In this document: positions 16,274 to 24,291 of the stretch, in pieces
Position numbering within the stretch: position 1 is the stretch's first letter
Layout of the letters: the number at the start of each line of letters is the position of its first letter
Assembly (NCBI GenBank): GCA_039798685.1
Contig: JBDKFM010000002.1
Location: 1-39,219, forward strand
DNA: 39,219 nucleotides
Origin: Candidatus Parcubacteria bacterium
GTDB lineage: Bacteria > Patescibacteriota > Microgenomatia > Levybacterales > UBA12049
Direction of reading: 5' to 3'
Notes under the pieces: model-generated
Seen by the model: the letters and a program-made list of their open reading frames with translations, nothing else
What the model was told of the DNA's origin: nothing
Databases searched by the model: none
Program-made: the position numbers and the translations under genes

Positions 16274-16975
16274 ATGCAACCACGCTTAGAACAACTACGA
16301 CCAATATTGCCTGAAGAAGCCGAGGTAATCTCGCATATGCCGATCAACAGGCTCTTCATCCTTGTGCACCCGCTCAACGAGCCACTTGGTGATGTACTCC
16401 TGGACACCAATCACACCAGACGTGTACGGAAAGATTTTTTCGAAAATGCACTGACACATTTTACCCCGCACTCACCAAATGACGTCCTCGTTCTCATCCC
16501 AAATGTCGGTCCGAGATTTCACGACTTCAGAACAAATGTACTGAAAACAAAAGTCATGATGGAGCAATTTCACACAAACTACTCATGGGTATCATTGGCA
16601 GATGCTTTCGAACATACCACTGAGTTTCCACGACAAGTGATCATCGGAGAGAATATCCCTGATCCTTCTGTCCCTGCAACGGTACTTGAGAAACGACTTG
16701 AAAAACATGGATTCGGTATCATGTCTGACACAACAATTGTCCTCGGAGGAGAACTCGCTCCAAACTGCGTAATGGACGCAGCACTTGATCTCTTATCACT
16801 TCCGCAGGTTGGGTCTGTATTTATAGATCTCAGAGTGATTGTAGGTATCGCAGATTATGCAAGAAAAGGAATGTATACACCAGAACACACAGCCGTCACG
16901 TTTGCAAAACGGATGTTTCCTTTCCATGAGGTAACAAGAGGAGGAGAAAATTTACTGAAGGTCTCAAATCACTAA
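16274..16975 (+). CDS. Hypothetical protein (233 aa), opposite strand inside the MVA cluster
   Basis: The track ORF starts at 16121 and overlaps the kinase gene. It was trimmed to the ATG at 16274, directly behind the extended -10 element. No confident family assignment. Confidence 0.6.
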   Translation: MQPRLEQLRPILPEEAEVISHMPINRLFILVHPLNEPLGDVLLDTNHTRRVRKDFFENALTHFTPHSPNDVLVLIPNVGPRFHDFRTNVLKTKVMMEQFHTNYSWVSLADAFEHTTEFPRQVIIGENIPDPSVPATVLEKRLEKHGFGIMSDTTIVLGGELAPNCVMDAALDLLSLPQVGSVFIDLRVIVGIADYARKGMYTPEHTAVTFAKRMFPFHEVTRGGENLLKVSNH

Positions 16976-17283
16976 GCTGCACTTGCAGCGCGTAGACGTA
17001 GTCTTGCCACGTACGCATATGCTGCACCCATCGCTTCAATAGAGATCCCAAGCTCAGGTAATTTCGTCGCAATTGCCACACCGGAAAATGCAACGATCAC
17101 ACCACGAAGTACATCTCCTTTCGAAACATCGACACCACCCCCCTGACCATTTTCCGAGTGAGGTGTACTACCGAAATGTTCACTGACAGAGATTGACTGA
17201 GGGACATCACGAACAAACTCTCCTCCGCTCAATTCAGAGTTCTGAAAACTTGGTACCCTTCCGTTTCCACTCTCAGGTTTCAT
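16972..17283 (-). CDS. Hypothetical protein (103 aa) with hydrophobic C-terminal half
   Basis: The ATG at 17283 is preceded by TGTTACGAT and a 6-nt spacer. Its stop codon interlocks with the stop of the convergent gene (CTAA at 16972-16975). Confidence 0.5.
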   Translation of the reverse strand: MKPESGNGRVPSFQNSELSGGEFVRDVPQSISVSEHFGSTPHSENGQGGGVDVSKGDVLRGVIVAFSGVAIATKLPELGISIEAMGAAYAYVARLRLRAASAA

Positions 17284-17289
17284 GTGCGA

Positions 17290-17298
17290 ATCGTAACA
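17290..17298 (-). promoter_or_regulatory. Extended -10 promoter TGTTACGAT, 6 nt upstream of the ATG at 17283
   Basis: Minus strand reads ataTGTTACGATtcgcacATG. Confidence 0.45.
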
Positions 17299-17334
17299 TA
17301 TGGACTCTTTGGAATCAATTACGAACTCAGGAGA

Positions 17335-18075
17335 CTACATCTGATGACGCGATAAGGAGCTTGTTATCTGTACGACGTATCGATCCTGCATGACATGTGC
17401 AATTCTCCCGTCCACGAAAGAAATATTTGCAGGACTTCCTTCCGAATACTCACTGAGCAATGGAAGCACATTTGCCTCAAGTAATGAATTGGTTACTAAA
17501 TATCTCTCATCGGTTGTAAATGTTGTAATTAACATCGGTCGACTTGCCATAGACATCAAATTTCCCCACTCAGCCAGGACATGATTCATGATCGGATCAG
17601 GTCCGATACTTGGATGCCGAGCAATCACCACATCAGGCATCGTGCCAAGTACACGCAAAATAGCGTCAGGACTTTTCTTACCCAGATCCTCTTCAAGCCA
17701 TACGGCATCTGCCTTCATAGCTGAAAGTACACCCATCTCCCCAACACTCTTATCAACTCCCATAATAAGTGACTCCGGAAAAAGAGCTCGCGCATGCAAA
17801 AGCTCACTTCCCTCACCAAAACCCAAAAACAGAAGAGACGGTGCATGAGGCAGTGCATCACGATCAAGATACTTCGCAAAAAAATCAGGGAGATGAGACG
17901 AGATATCCAATAAAGTATCTGTCGCAGCGTCAATGATGTCCCTAATAAGGCTACCATCGGGTAAAGAATTAAACACAATAGATGATTCTTCAGGCCTTTC
18001 TTTTATCGCTGTAACAAGCATTTGTACAGCAGCATAAATCTGCTCCTCATCCGGACTCAGTGTTTCTGCGCTCAT
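17335..18075 (-). CDS. Hypothetical protein, possibly a class I SAM-methyltransferase-like Rossmann fold
   Basis: SLLFLGFGEGSELL...LIMGVDKS resembles MTase motif I plus the acidic post-I residue, and DVVIARHP resembles motif IV. Weak. TATAAT (18084-18089) lies 8 nt upstream of the ATG. Confidence 0.55.
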   Translation of the reverse strand: MSAETLSPDEEQIYAAVQMLVTAIKERPEESSIVFNSLPDGSLIRDIIDAATDTLLDISSHLPDFFAKYLDRDALPHAPSLLFLGFGEGSELLHARALFPESLIMGVDKSVGEMGVLSAMKADAVWLEEDLGKKSPDAILRVLGTMPDVVIARHPSIGPDPIMNHVLAEWGNLMSMASRPMLITTFTTDERYLVTNSLLEANVLPLLSEYSEGSPANISFVDGRIAHVMQDRYVVQITSSLSRHQM

Positions 18076-18120
18076 GACGATGGATTATAGCGAATTGGGA
18101 AGAAAATTAAAACTATGAGT

Positions 18121-18423
18121 CTAAAGTGGTTTAAATTTGATTCCGTAGGGGATGATGTTTTCCTTGTCCTCATGAGTAATCCGACGCATCACTGCAACGA
18201 CTCTCATACCTGATTTCAGATCTTTTTCTGTCCAGTCAACCAACTGCCCAACCATCATCTCGCCAGTACCGAGGCGCACAATTCCGACTGGATACGGTGC
18301 TTGGTCAGCAAAATTCTTCGGGGGCACCCGAACGATCGTCCAGTACAGAAGCTCCCCTTTCACTCCGATATGATTGACAAGTTTCTTCCCTCTTCTCCAC
18401 AATTTCACAGGTGTCGTGATCAT
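18121..18423 (-). CDS. DUF35 OB-fold protein (thiolase/HMG-CoA synthase scaffold family), lacking the zinc ribbon
   Basis: GELLYWTIVRVPPKNFADQAPYPVGIVRLGTGEMMVGQLVDW...GMRVVAV matches the DUF35 C-terminal OB fold. Only 100 aa and no Cys at all. Immediately downstream of the thiolase. Confidence 0.75.
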   Translation of the reverse strand: MITTPVKLWRRGKKLVNHIGVKGELLYWTIVRVPPKNFADQAPYPVGIVRLGTGEMMVGQLVDWTEKDLKSGMRVVAVMRRITHEDKENIIPYGIKFKPL

Positions 18424-18500
18424 ATGTATCGAAATTTCAAATAGATACCAATTTCAAATTTCCAATGATTCCTTCTTTCGCTATCAGTCATTTGAAATTA
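18424..18500. repeat. A/T-rich inverted-repeat family, copies in the thiolase-DUF35 spacer
   Basis: aatttcaaat (18433-18442), aatttcaaattt (18450-18461), atttgaaatt (18490-18499, overlapping the thiolase TAA stop). A 51-nt unit (18449-18499) aligns with the 43-nt unit at 14107-14149. Confidence 0.8.
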
Positions 18501-19658
18501 GAAATTATTTTTTTTAAATATATGAACTGTCGCAATCGCTCCTGATCCTCCGACGTTATGCGCCAGACCTATCTTTGCATCTGTGACAGACTGCTTCTCA
18601 CCAGCAGTCCCCATGAGCTGCTCAAATATCTCAACTGCCTGTTTGACACCGGTTGCACCGACCGGATGACCGCATGCCTTAAGTCCTCCTGAAGGATTGA
18701 CGATCGTTTTTCCTTTTCCTCTGGTAAATTTCCCTTTCTTCAGATCCGATGCTCCTTTTCCGGTTTCTGAGAACCCCAGATCCTCAACTGCGATTAACTC
18801 AGCGATACTGAAACAATCATGCACCTCAGCGACATCGACATCGACTGGCCTCAACCCTGCCCGGGCGTATGCACGTCTCCCCGCATCTTTTGCTGCATTG
18901 AGAGACGTAAATGATGCACGCTTATGAAGTGCCAATGTATCAGTCCCTACTTCACTTGCGACAATCGAAACACTATTTTTTGAGATAATCTTCGGGTCAC
19001 TACTGATAATCACGCATGCGCCGCCGTCAGTAACGGGTGAACAATCAAGTAATTTTAGAGGGTCGGCAATCCTGCTGCTTTTCATTACATCAGCAACAGT
19101 TACCTTAAACTTAAACTGCGCCTTCTGATTGTATGATCCGTGAAAATGATTTTTTACCGCAACTTCCGCCAGGTCCTCCTCTTTGTACTTATATTCGGAC
19201 ATATATGCCTGCGCCATGAGTGCATATAATCCGGGAAATGTAATCCCCGATCCCCGCTCCTCATCGGACCCTGCCGCCATGAGCGCAGATGCAACAAGAT
19301 CACCTCCGGCATCAGTCATTTTCTCAATCCCCAACACAGCAACTGTCGTATAGAGTCCTGCTTTAATGCTATTTATTGCATTATGCAATGCCACTCCTCC
19401 TGATGCACACGCTGCCTCAAGCCTAAACGCAGGAACCGGTGAAAGCCCCAACTCTTCGGCATAAAACGAACCAATATTTTCCTGATGTCCGAGAAGTCCA
19501 CCAAGCATATTTCCCACATAGAGCGCCTCTACTTTTGATGACGAAATCCCGGATTGTGCCAAAGCAGAATTGAATGCTTCTTTCGCAAGTTCCCGAGGAG
19601 AGCTCGTCCAAAGCTCACCGAATTTTGTTGTCGCCGCTCCTATAATTGAAATATTCAT
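18498..19658 (-). CDS. Acetyl-CoA acetyltransferase (archaeal-type thiolase)
   Basis: Active-site EAACASGG. NPSGGLKACGHPVGATG. HNVGGSG near the C-terminus. Sits between HMGCS and DUF35, as in archaeal operons. Confidence 0.88.
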   Translation of the reverse strand: MNISIIGAATTKFGELWTSSPRELAKEAFNSALAQSGISSSKVEALYVGNMLGGLLGHQENIGSFYAEELGLSPVPAFRLEAACASGGVALHNAINSIKAGLYTTVAVLGIEKMTDAGGDLVASALMAAGSDEERGSGITFPGLYALMAQAYMSEYKYKEEDLAEVAVKNHFHGSYNQKAQFKFKVTVADVMKSSRIADPLKLLDCSPVTDGGACVIISSDPKIISKNSVSIVASEVGTDTLALHKRASFTSLNAAKDAGRRAYARAGLRPVDVDVAEVHDCFSIAELIAVEDLGFSETGKGASDLKKGKFTRGKGKTIVNPSGGLKACGHPVGATGVKQAVEIFEQLMGTAGEKQSVTDAKIGLAHNVGGSGAIATVHIFKKNNF

Positions 19659-19684
19659 AATAACTATTTTCTATTTGCCACACC

Positions 19685-20722
19685 CTACAACTTGTGTGTT
19701 TTCTGCAAATATTGTAGATAACTTATATATTCTTTATCAGCAATCTGTGTACTGACAGGAATCGTTTTTTTCTGAAAATCAGTAATTTTTTTTGTTGTCT
19801 CGAAGATAAATCCGTCAGCTCCCGCTCCTGATCCGTACGAGACAAAAAATATCTTCTGTCCTGGCTTTGCAGTATCCAACACTTCAGCAAGCCCGAGCAT
19901 TGCAGACGCTGTATATGGGTTTCCGACCATATCGACAGTCAACGAGGGAAGAAGTTGTTCTTTAGTGAATCCAAGCTTTGCTGCAACAGCGCGGGGAAAC
20001 TTACCGTTTGGCATATGAAAGACGCAATAGTCAAAATCAGATGGCTGCATCTGTGATTTCATAAGTAGTGCATGCGCCTCCCCTAACACATGCGCAAAAT
20101 ATGCCGGTTGACCGGTAAACCTTCCGAAATGCGAAGGATACCGCACGCCATCTCTCCTCCAAAAATCCGGTGTGTTTGACGAGAATGATGACATCTCTTT
20201 TATTTCAGCAATCAATTCATCTTTATTGCTCCCCAGGATATACGCTGCCGCGACACTCGCAGCGCTGTACTCAAGTACATCATGTGGTTTTGCTTGTGCG
20301 GTATCAGATCCAATGACGAGTCCGTATCCGATCTCTCCGCTCCCGAGTAACCCGGCAGTGACCTGCATTGCAGCAGTTGCTGCCTTACAGGCGAATTTCA
20401 TATCAACTGAAAAATAGTGATTTCCCATCCCGATCGCCTCTGCAATAATTGTCGCTGACGGATTGACCGCATAGGGATGACTCTCTGATCCGACGAACAC
20501 ACTTTGCAGCTTTTTCGCATCCAGTCCGCATGCACGAAGTGCCGAGACCGTCGCCTCAACACCCATTGTGATCGCATCCTCATCAGTGTTGGGGACGGCT
20601 TTTTCCTTCACCTGAATCGCATCCACGATATCCGCAGGATTTTTCTGCCATGCCCGAGCGATATCCTCAATTTTAATTCTGTAATGCGGAATATATGTAC
20701 CGTATGAAACAATGCCTACCAT
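19685..20722 (-). CDS. mvaS: Hydroxymethylglutaryl-CoA synthase (archaeal-type, about 345 aa)
   Basis: MVGIVSYGTYIPHYRI N-terminus, VGSESHPY (Glu), KFACKAAT (Cys), CVFHMPNGKF (His). Confidence 0.88.
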   Translation of the reverse strand: MVGIVSYGTYIPHYRIKIEDIARAWQKNPADIVDAIQVKEKAVPNTDEDAITMGVEATVSALRACGLDAKKLQSVFVGSESHPYAVNPSATIIAEAIGMGNHYFSVDMKFACKAATAAMQVTAGLLGSGEIGYGLVIGSDTAQAKPHDVLEYSAASVAAAYILGSNKDELIAEIKEMSSFSSNTPDFWRRDGVRYPSHFGRFTGQPAYFAHVLGEAHALLMKSQMQPSDFDYCVFHMPNGKFPRAVAAKLGFTKEQLLPSLTVDMVGNPYTASAMLGLAEVLDTAKPGQKIFFVSYGSGAGADGFIFETTKKITDFQKKTIPVSTQIADKEYISYLQYLQKTHKL

Positions 20723-20735
20723 AATAAAAATTTTT

Positions 20736-20761
20736 AATTTACAATTTCAAATTGAAAATTA
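20736..20761. repeat. A/T-rich inverted-repeat family, copy in the HMGR-HMGCS spacer
   Basis: aatttacaatttcaaattgaaaatta. The last 19 nt are identical to 12022-12040 and 24 of 26 nt match 12015-12040. It overlaps the HMGR TAA stop. Confidence 0.8.
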
Positions 20762-21910
20762 TTTCCCTCTCCCCAATCGTCTATGACTCTCTGCAAGGCT
20801 TCCCTCTGAGAGACTAGCCAGAAGCGAGATCTCCCCTGCCAGACAAGCTGCGACGACAATCTGTGCAAACTCCTCAATTTTCCCTTCACCGCTGACGCCG
20901 AGAATTTGCAGTGCTTCTTTTTGTGTCGGAAGATTTGTTCCTCCTCCAACTGTACCAACGAGTAGCGCCGGCAGATACACGCCAACATATAAATCACCAT
21001 TTTCAAGCACTTTCGCTGTCGTAATCCCAAGCGACCCTTCAACGACGTGCGCCGGATCCTGTCCTGTCGCGAGAAATATCGCTGCGATCACATTTGCGAG
21101 ATGCGCATTAAAGCCCATTGACCCTGCGGCTGCTGATCCCAGCATTACTTTTCCGAGCCACACATCAAAAAACTTCTCGGGCGTCGTCTTCAGTATCTCT
21201 TTTAGAACTCTTCTTTGAAGAACGACCTCAGCCCACGCTTTCGTCCCTCTCGCAGATATCGCATTGATCCATGCCGGCTTCTTGTCAGTATCAAAATTTC
21301 CCGCAACAGAAAGACACGGAATCCCTGTTTCTTTTTCGATATATGAAACCGCCGCCTGTGTCGCGATCGTCGCCATATTCATCCCCATCGCATCCCCTGT
21401 GTCATAGGAAAAACGAAGAAAGGTATAATTCGGTAAACTCTTTGTTGTGACGTCCAATAACTGCAGATGTCCTGATGTCGCTTCGGTAATTGCTTTGATC
21501 TTTTTCTTCTCTTCTTTTATAAACGTATGCAGTCTTGTGCCTTCTTGTATTGAAGCTGTGTAAAAAACTGGTCCGCGACTCATACCGACTTTATGCGTAT
21601 GGACAACTGCTCCACCAGATTCCGAGATCGCCTTACAACCACGACTAATTGATGCTACAAGCGCTCCCTCAGTCGTCGCTAATGGCAAATAATAATCTTT
21701 ATTTGTAATTTGAGAGTTGAAATTTGAAATTTTCAGTGGTCCCGCAATCCCAAGTGGGATTTGTACGGCACCAATCATGTTTTCGCAGTTTTTGGTTGAG
21801 GCAATCTCAAGTTCCGGAGAATATGTCGCAATATGTGGTAGCTCAGCAGAAATCTCCTGCTCTAGGGCTTTGCGTCTCGTTTTTGTGTCAGGTAAATCTC
21901 GTATCTTCAT
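20759..21910 (-). CDS. mvaA: HMG-CoA reductase, class I (soluble archaeal/eukaryotic-type catalytic domain)
   Basis: ENMIGAVQIPLGIAGPL, LPLATTEGALVAS, GDAMGMNM, GTVGGGT, C-terminal ESHRRLGR (His). An SD-like AGGAGAGG lies 9 nt upstream of the ATG. Confidence 0.9.
   Translation of the reverse strand: MKIRDLPDTKTRRKALEQEISAELPHIATYSPELEIASTKNCENMIGAVQIPLGIAGPLKISNFNSQITNKDYYLPLATTEGALVASISRGCKAISESGGAVVHTHKVGMSRGPVFYTASIQEGTRLHTFIKEEKKKIKAITEATSGHLQLLDVTTKSLPNYTFLRFSYDTGDAMGMNMATIATQAAVSYIEKETGIPCLSVAGNFDTDKKPAWINAISARGTKAWAEVVLQRRVLKEILKTTPEKFFDVWLGKVMLGSAAAGSMGFNAHLANVIAAIFLATGQDPAHVVEGSLGITTAKVLENGDLYVGVYLPALLVGTVGGGTNLPTQKEALQILGVSGEGKIEEFAQIVVAACLAGEISLLASLSEGSLAESHRRLGRGK
21691..21736. 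repeat. Repeat-family-related segment inside the HMGR coding sequence
   Basis: In mRNA sense, AAATTTCAAATTTCAACTCTCAAATTACAAAT matches GAATTTCAAATTTCAAATATCAAATAACAAAT of the 14147-14179 spacer at 28 of 32 positions (manual alignment). AAAGATTATT follows in both. The segment encodes KISNFNSQITNKDYY. Confidence 0.6.
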
Positions 21911-22040
21911 ACTAGAAAGCCTCTCCTGTCAAGCTGCCAAATCATGATTTTCCGCGGCATCTAAACGTGAGAGGAATTCCTGTACTCTTTTATCGGATCT
22001 TATTCGAAAATCATTCGGGTAGGAATGAGATGGAGTTGCC

Positions 22041-22688
22041 TTATATTCCGTCAAGATGCGCTCTCACCTGATGAAATAACTTTGGTTCAAATGCGCGCAC
22101 AATTACAGATGGGATAGAATTCTGTTTAAATCCATCAAGCAGTGCAAACGACAGTCGCAATTGTGAGAGTAATGCGTCATCCATCGGTGCGATCACAAGA
22201 GGTACAGGATAAATAATCTCACTATTTTCTTTGTATTTAAAGTTCTCATAGATTATCTGTCCATTTTTCATACCTTTCTTTTCAGCCAGCATCAGCGCCG
22301 TATCTTTCTGCAACGGAACCTGCACTGAGAGATAGGAGAAAAGTCGGTTATTGTCCTCTCTGAACCGAAACACCTCATGAGTCCCGGATACATTACTTGA
22401 GTCCGGTTCAAAATCACCTAACGCTTCGACCTGATCAGTATCTGCAACAACCCAGATCTTCCTCCCGTCACCATATCCTGTCTGTTGCTTTCTTGCATAA
22501 ATAATAAAATTGAAAGGATCCAATTCTTCATCTACCACAATTGCAATCTCAGATGATGCAGTCTCAGCAAACTCACGTTGTAGTTCGCGACCATTTAACA
22601 CCGGTCCAAACGGACGTATCATTTCACCTAATTTATACACCGGAACACGCTTCTTCTCAGGAGTGGCCGGTTGCTCTGGATGGGACAT
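22041..22688 (-). CDS. Hypothetical protein (215 aa)
   Basis: The ATG at 22688 is preceded by TATAAT (22695-22700) and a 6-nt spacer. No recognisable motif. Confidence 0.6.
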   Translation of the reverse strand: MSHPEQPATPEKKRVPVYKLGEMIRPFGPVLNGRELQREFAETASSEIAIVVDEELDPFNFIIYARKQQTGYGDGRKIWVVADTDQVEALGDFEPDSSNVSGTHEVFRFREDNNRLFSYLSVQVPLQKDTALMLAEKKGMKNGQIIYENFKYKENSEIIYPVPLVIAPMDDALLSQLRLSFALLDGFKQNSIPSVIVRAFEPKLFHQVRAHLDGI

Positions 22689-22748
22689 CGTATAATTATA
22701 GGTCGTTTAGTGGAAATTTGCAATTGCGGTACATAACTAAGCTAAGAT

Positions 22749-23501
22749 TTATATTTGTCGGTACTCCCAGGGAATAATTTTTTTCCGTAACAGTATCACA
22801 AGTAAATACAGTACAAAGCTCATACACGAAGAAAAAATAATGAGTGCAAACAAGAGATCTATTCTATGGGAATTTGCTGCCTGTAACATGACAATCCCAA
22901 GCCCCCTGTACCCCCCAACAAATTCCCCAACAATCGCCGCAGCAATCGCATACACAACTGAGATCGAAAGTCCAGCCATAAAAAACGGCATACTGGCTGG
23001 TAACTTTGCTTTCAAGAGTATCTGAGCTCTCGTCGCGTGCATACTTTTCAGAAGAAAGAGAATATCCTTATTGAGTGACCCCAACCCCTCACTCATCGCG
23101 AGTGTGACCGGGAAGAAACAGTACAACACAACGATGATCACTTTTGGAGAGGTACCGAATCCGAACCATACAAGAAGAAGAGGCGCAAGCGCCATAATCG
23201 GTATCGTTTGTGAAAGAACCAGTATGGGTGAGAATACATGTTTTATCCGTTCCGATGCGTCGATACCAATCGCCAGCAACACTCCCAGCACAATACTTAT
23301 GCAGAGTCCTAATAACGCTTCAAAAAGCGTCGTCAAAGCATTCACAAACACCAGTTCCCAATTACGAGCCAGTGCATCAAGCACCGACAATGGATCAGGA
23401 AGAAAACGTGGACTAATCCCTGAATACATCACGACAATCTGCCACAACACGATACATCCTCCTATACCTATTCCACACCACACAGATCTACCGATCTTCA
23501 T
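22749..23501 (-). CDS. thiX: ABC transporter permease (NitT/TauT family, ThiX-like)
   Basis: Six TM helices with a BPD-type permease core (ALTTLFEALLGL...LVLSQTIPIMALAPLLLVWFGFG). Trimmed from the track start (23645) to the ATG at 23501 (MKIGRSVW...), which overlaps the ATPase gene by 14 nt. Confidence 0.8.
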   Translation of the reverse strand: MKIGRSVWCGIGIGGCIVLWQIVVMYSGISPRFLPDPLSVLDALARNWELVFVNALTTLFEALLGLCISIVLGVLLAIGIDASERIKHVFSPILVLSQTIPIMALAPLLLVWFGFGTSPKVIIVVLYCFFPVTLAMSEGLGSLNKDILFLLKSMHATRAQILLKAKLPASMPFFMAGLSISVVYAIAAAIVGEFVGGYRGLGIVMLQAANSHRIDLLFALIIFSSCMSFVLYLLVILLRKKIIPWEYRQI

Positions 23502-24291
23502 GCGTCTCTCCTTCCTGTGATCTAAAAAAATACGACGCGATCTCCTCTTCAAGTAAAAGTGCTTTTTTTGTTCTGAGCCATTTCCTGTCTCTTTTCCCAC
23601 TATACCCAACAGAAATATCGGCAACAATGCGTGCGGGACGGTCACTCATTATGAGAATCCTGTCTGAGAGCAGAATCGCCTCGCTTATATCATGTGTCAC
23701 CAAGAGCACAGTAGACTTGTACCGTGTACGAAGACGCATTAGCCAGAGCTGGAGCGAAAAACGAGTCAGTCCGTCAAGGGACCCAAACGGCTCATCCAAA
23801 AGAAGAAATGATGTATTGAAAAGTATTGTTCGAAGAAGCGCCACCTTCTGCTGCATACCGCCTGAAAGTGAAGATGGATACGAATCTGCATATTTCAATA
23901 GATCAAACTCCCGCAGTAATCTAAGCGATTTTTTAATCATCATCTGTCGTGGCCACCCTTGTATCTCAGGTCCTAACGTAATATTTTGCAACACTGTACG
24001 CCAGGGAAAAAGTGTTGAAGATTGTGGCATATATCCACACTTCCCTGCCAACTGACCCGAAGTCCCTGAGAGGACAATTGATCCATCAGTCGGTGCAATC
24101 AAGCCAGCGATAAGATGAAGCAACGTACTTTTTCCGCATCCACTCGGCCCGATGATGCTCACAAACTCTCCGGCACGCAAACGAAACGAGAGTGAAGAAA
24201 GTACGGGAGTTGCAGCAAAGTCCATGCTGACACGGTGAAGCTCCAACTGCACTCCGGTAATATTTTTATTACTTTTCAAATAAGAAGACAT
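23488..24291 (-). CDS. thiZ: ABC transporter ATP-binding protein (NitT/TauT family, ThiZ-like)
   Basis: Walker A GPSGCGKST, signature LSGGMQQKV, Walker B LLLDEPFGSLD, H-loop VTHD. Confidence 0.88.
   Translation of the reverse strand: MSSYLKSNKNITGVQLELHRVSMDFAATPVLSSLSFRLRAGEFVSIIGPSGCGKSTLLHLIAGLIAPTDGSIVLSGTSGQLAGKCGYMPQSSTLFPWRTVLQNITLGPEIQGWPRQMMIKKSLRLLREFDLLKYADSYPSSLSGGMQQKVALLRTILFNTSFLLLDEPFGSLDGLTRFSLQLWLMRLRTRYKSTVLLVTHDISEAILLSDRILIMSDRPARIVADISVGYSGKRDRKWLRTKKALLLEEEIASYFFRSQEGETHEDR

Noticed and set aside
16274-16975. Isochorismatase/cysteine-hydrolase-like pattern (TTIVLGGELAPNCVMDAALD) in the plus-strand orphan
   Set aside because: Only one short segment resembles the family. 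The N-terminal Asp motif and the mid-protein Lys could not be aligned. The evidence is too weak to annotate.
16274-18075. Search for an isopentenyl-phosphate kinase (amino-acid-kinase fold, K-x-GG N-terminal motif) among the cluster orphans
   Set aside because: None of the orphan proteins has the KxGG/amino-acid-kinase signature. The absence applies only to this window and cannot be extended to the genome.
21972-21981. Perfect 10-bp palindrome AGGAATTCCT upstream of HMGR as a possible operator
   Set aside because: A perfect 10-bp palindrome is expected dozens of times by chance in 39 kb. The flanks do not extend the symmetry.
22714-22725. Near-copy of the repeat core (aaatttgCaatt, 1 mismatch) upstream of the 215-aa orphan, plus 8-9-mer partial matches at 2583, 10503, 24284 and 33666
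   Set aside because: These are not exact. Single partial matches are expected in A/T-rich sequence, so they were not counted as family members.
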